A stretch of DNA of 64,000 bases from Azolla caroliniana (Eukaryota; Plantae; Polypodiophyta): NCBI GenBank assembly GCA_043228905.1, contig JBHGNT010000012.1, forward strand, positions 7,874,001 to 7,938,000, written 5' to 3'. Positions 63,200 to 64,000 of this stretch are shown here, one piece after another. Positions within the stretch are counted from its first letter, which is position 1, and each line of letters starts with the position of its first letter. A model generated the notes under the pieces. It was not told where the DNA came from. It saw nothing but the letters and a program-made list of their open reading frames with translations, and did not search any database. The position numbers and the translations under genes were made by a program.

Positions 63200-64000
63200 C
63201 ACAAAAGACTTTCTATTCAATAGAAACAATAATACAACACCCAACCTTACAAAAAGGTTACAAGGTCACTATATATAGTGACCGACTTAGGGCAACTACC
63301 CTTTATGCTAATTACACAAATGGCCTAAAGGGATAGTGTGAATACGTCCATTATACACTTGTATTCGACACCGTCGGTGAAGGTGTGTCCTATGCAGGCC
63401 GGATCTCGTAAACTGGGGTCCGACGCCACCCCTCTGATTCGGGACTCGCTACCCTCCGGCAAGGGTGCCGCAACTGGCCTCACCTTCCGGTCCACAGTCT
63501 TGTACTTCGTGCTAACTCGGGCCATCCGATCCGACCCGAGCCCCCGACTGAAGTTCGTGATGACTTCGTACATCTCTTCGGAACATACCAGTATTGTCCG
63601 GTCTTCGTTAAGGTCTTCTCCGGCAACCTTCCTCAGCATCCCCAAGGTGTCGTCGAAGGAGACCGCCTCCACGGCCCCGCTGATTTCCTCGTCCGGGCCG
63701 AGAACTCCGCACGCTCGAAGTCGCTCTTCCACCCTTGTCTTTTCTCGGCCAACGATGCCGACTATCATACACCCTCCGTTGTTGGAGAAGCAAAACTTCC
63801 TACCTATCGTACAGTCGTGGGGTCCTTTCCGAGTGTCCGGGCTGTCTCGGCCCCACGCCTTGGCAGCCCTCTCTAAAAATCCTCCCGGTTCTCGCCACCG
63901 AGGGATTCGCGGTTTCTCTCGTGGTTCGGCCGCACCGTCAGAAATTGCACCGAATGGCGCCCGTCTTGGCTTTTGACCCTCGCGTAGGCCGAACCATTGT

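Larger units (their letters stand above)
57900..63370 (-). mobile_element. Full-length Ty1/copia element, LTRs 57900-58189 and 63062-63370
   Basis: TG..CA LTRs differing by ~4-5 substitutions and (AG)n length; TSD CCGTC; PBS GCTCTGATACCA 63048-63059; PPT at 58190. Polyprotein broken by a frameshift near 60745 and a stop at 60090. Confidence 0.95.
54221..64000 (-). mobile_element. Non-chromovirus Ty3/gypsy element (3' LTR 54221-54859; 5' part beyond the window), interrupted by a copia
   Basis: LTR TGTCGAGG...TCACGACA; PPT TTAGGTGGGGGCGGA. Pol pieces 63376-64000, 57420-57899 and 54933-57419, with one in-frame TAG after YDQF. Confidence 0.88.

Overview
Eukaryotic land-plant genomic DNA with spliced GT-AG genes and nested LTR retrotransposons. 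The TE lineages suggest a non-seed plant, perhaps a fern, but that is inference. Host genes: a CCR4-type deadenylase (10 exons visible, 5' end outside the window), a 2-exon secreted PSY-like sulfopeptide precursor, a PLS-class PPR gene, an intronless PRA1 gene and a 6-exon CYP86-clan P450. About half of the window is TE nests that can be resolved by target-site duplications (TSDs). (a) 8.85-12.5 kb: a rearranged chromovirus with a truncated copia inside. (b) 21.5-38 kb: a four-level nest of old gag > tandem LTR-chromodomain element > copia > young chromovirus plus a hAT MITE. (c) 53.9-64 kb: a copia-tail fragment abutting an unusual FLDD-type gypsy, which itself hosts an intact-boundary copia. 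Most notable observations: the PSY-like peptide with a divergent core and His tract, a regularly spaced hairpin array in the chromovirus leader, family-level TG...TA LTR termini, and the tandem LTR-chromodomain element. All coordinates were read by hand and may be off by a few bases.
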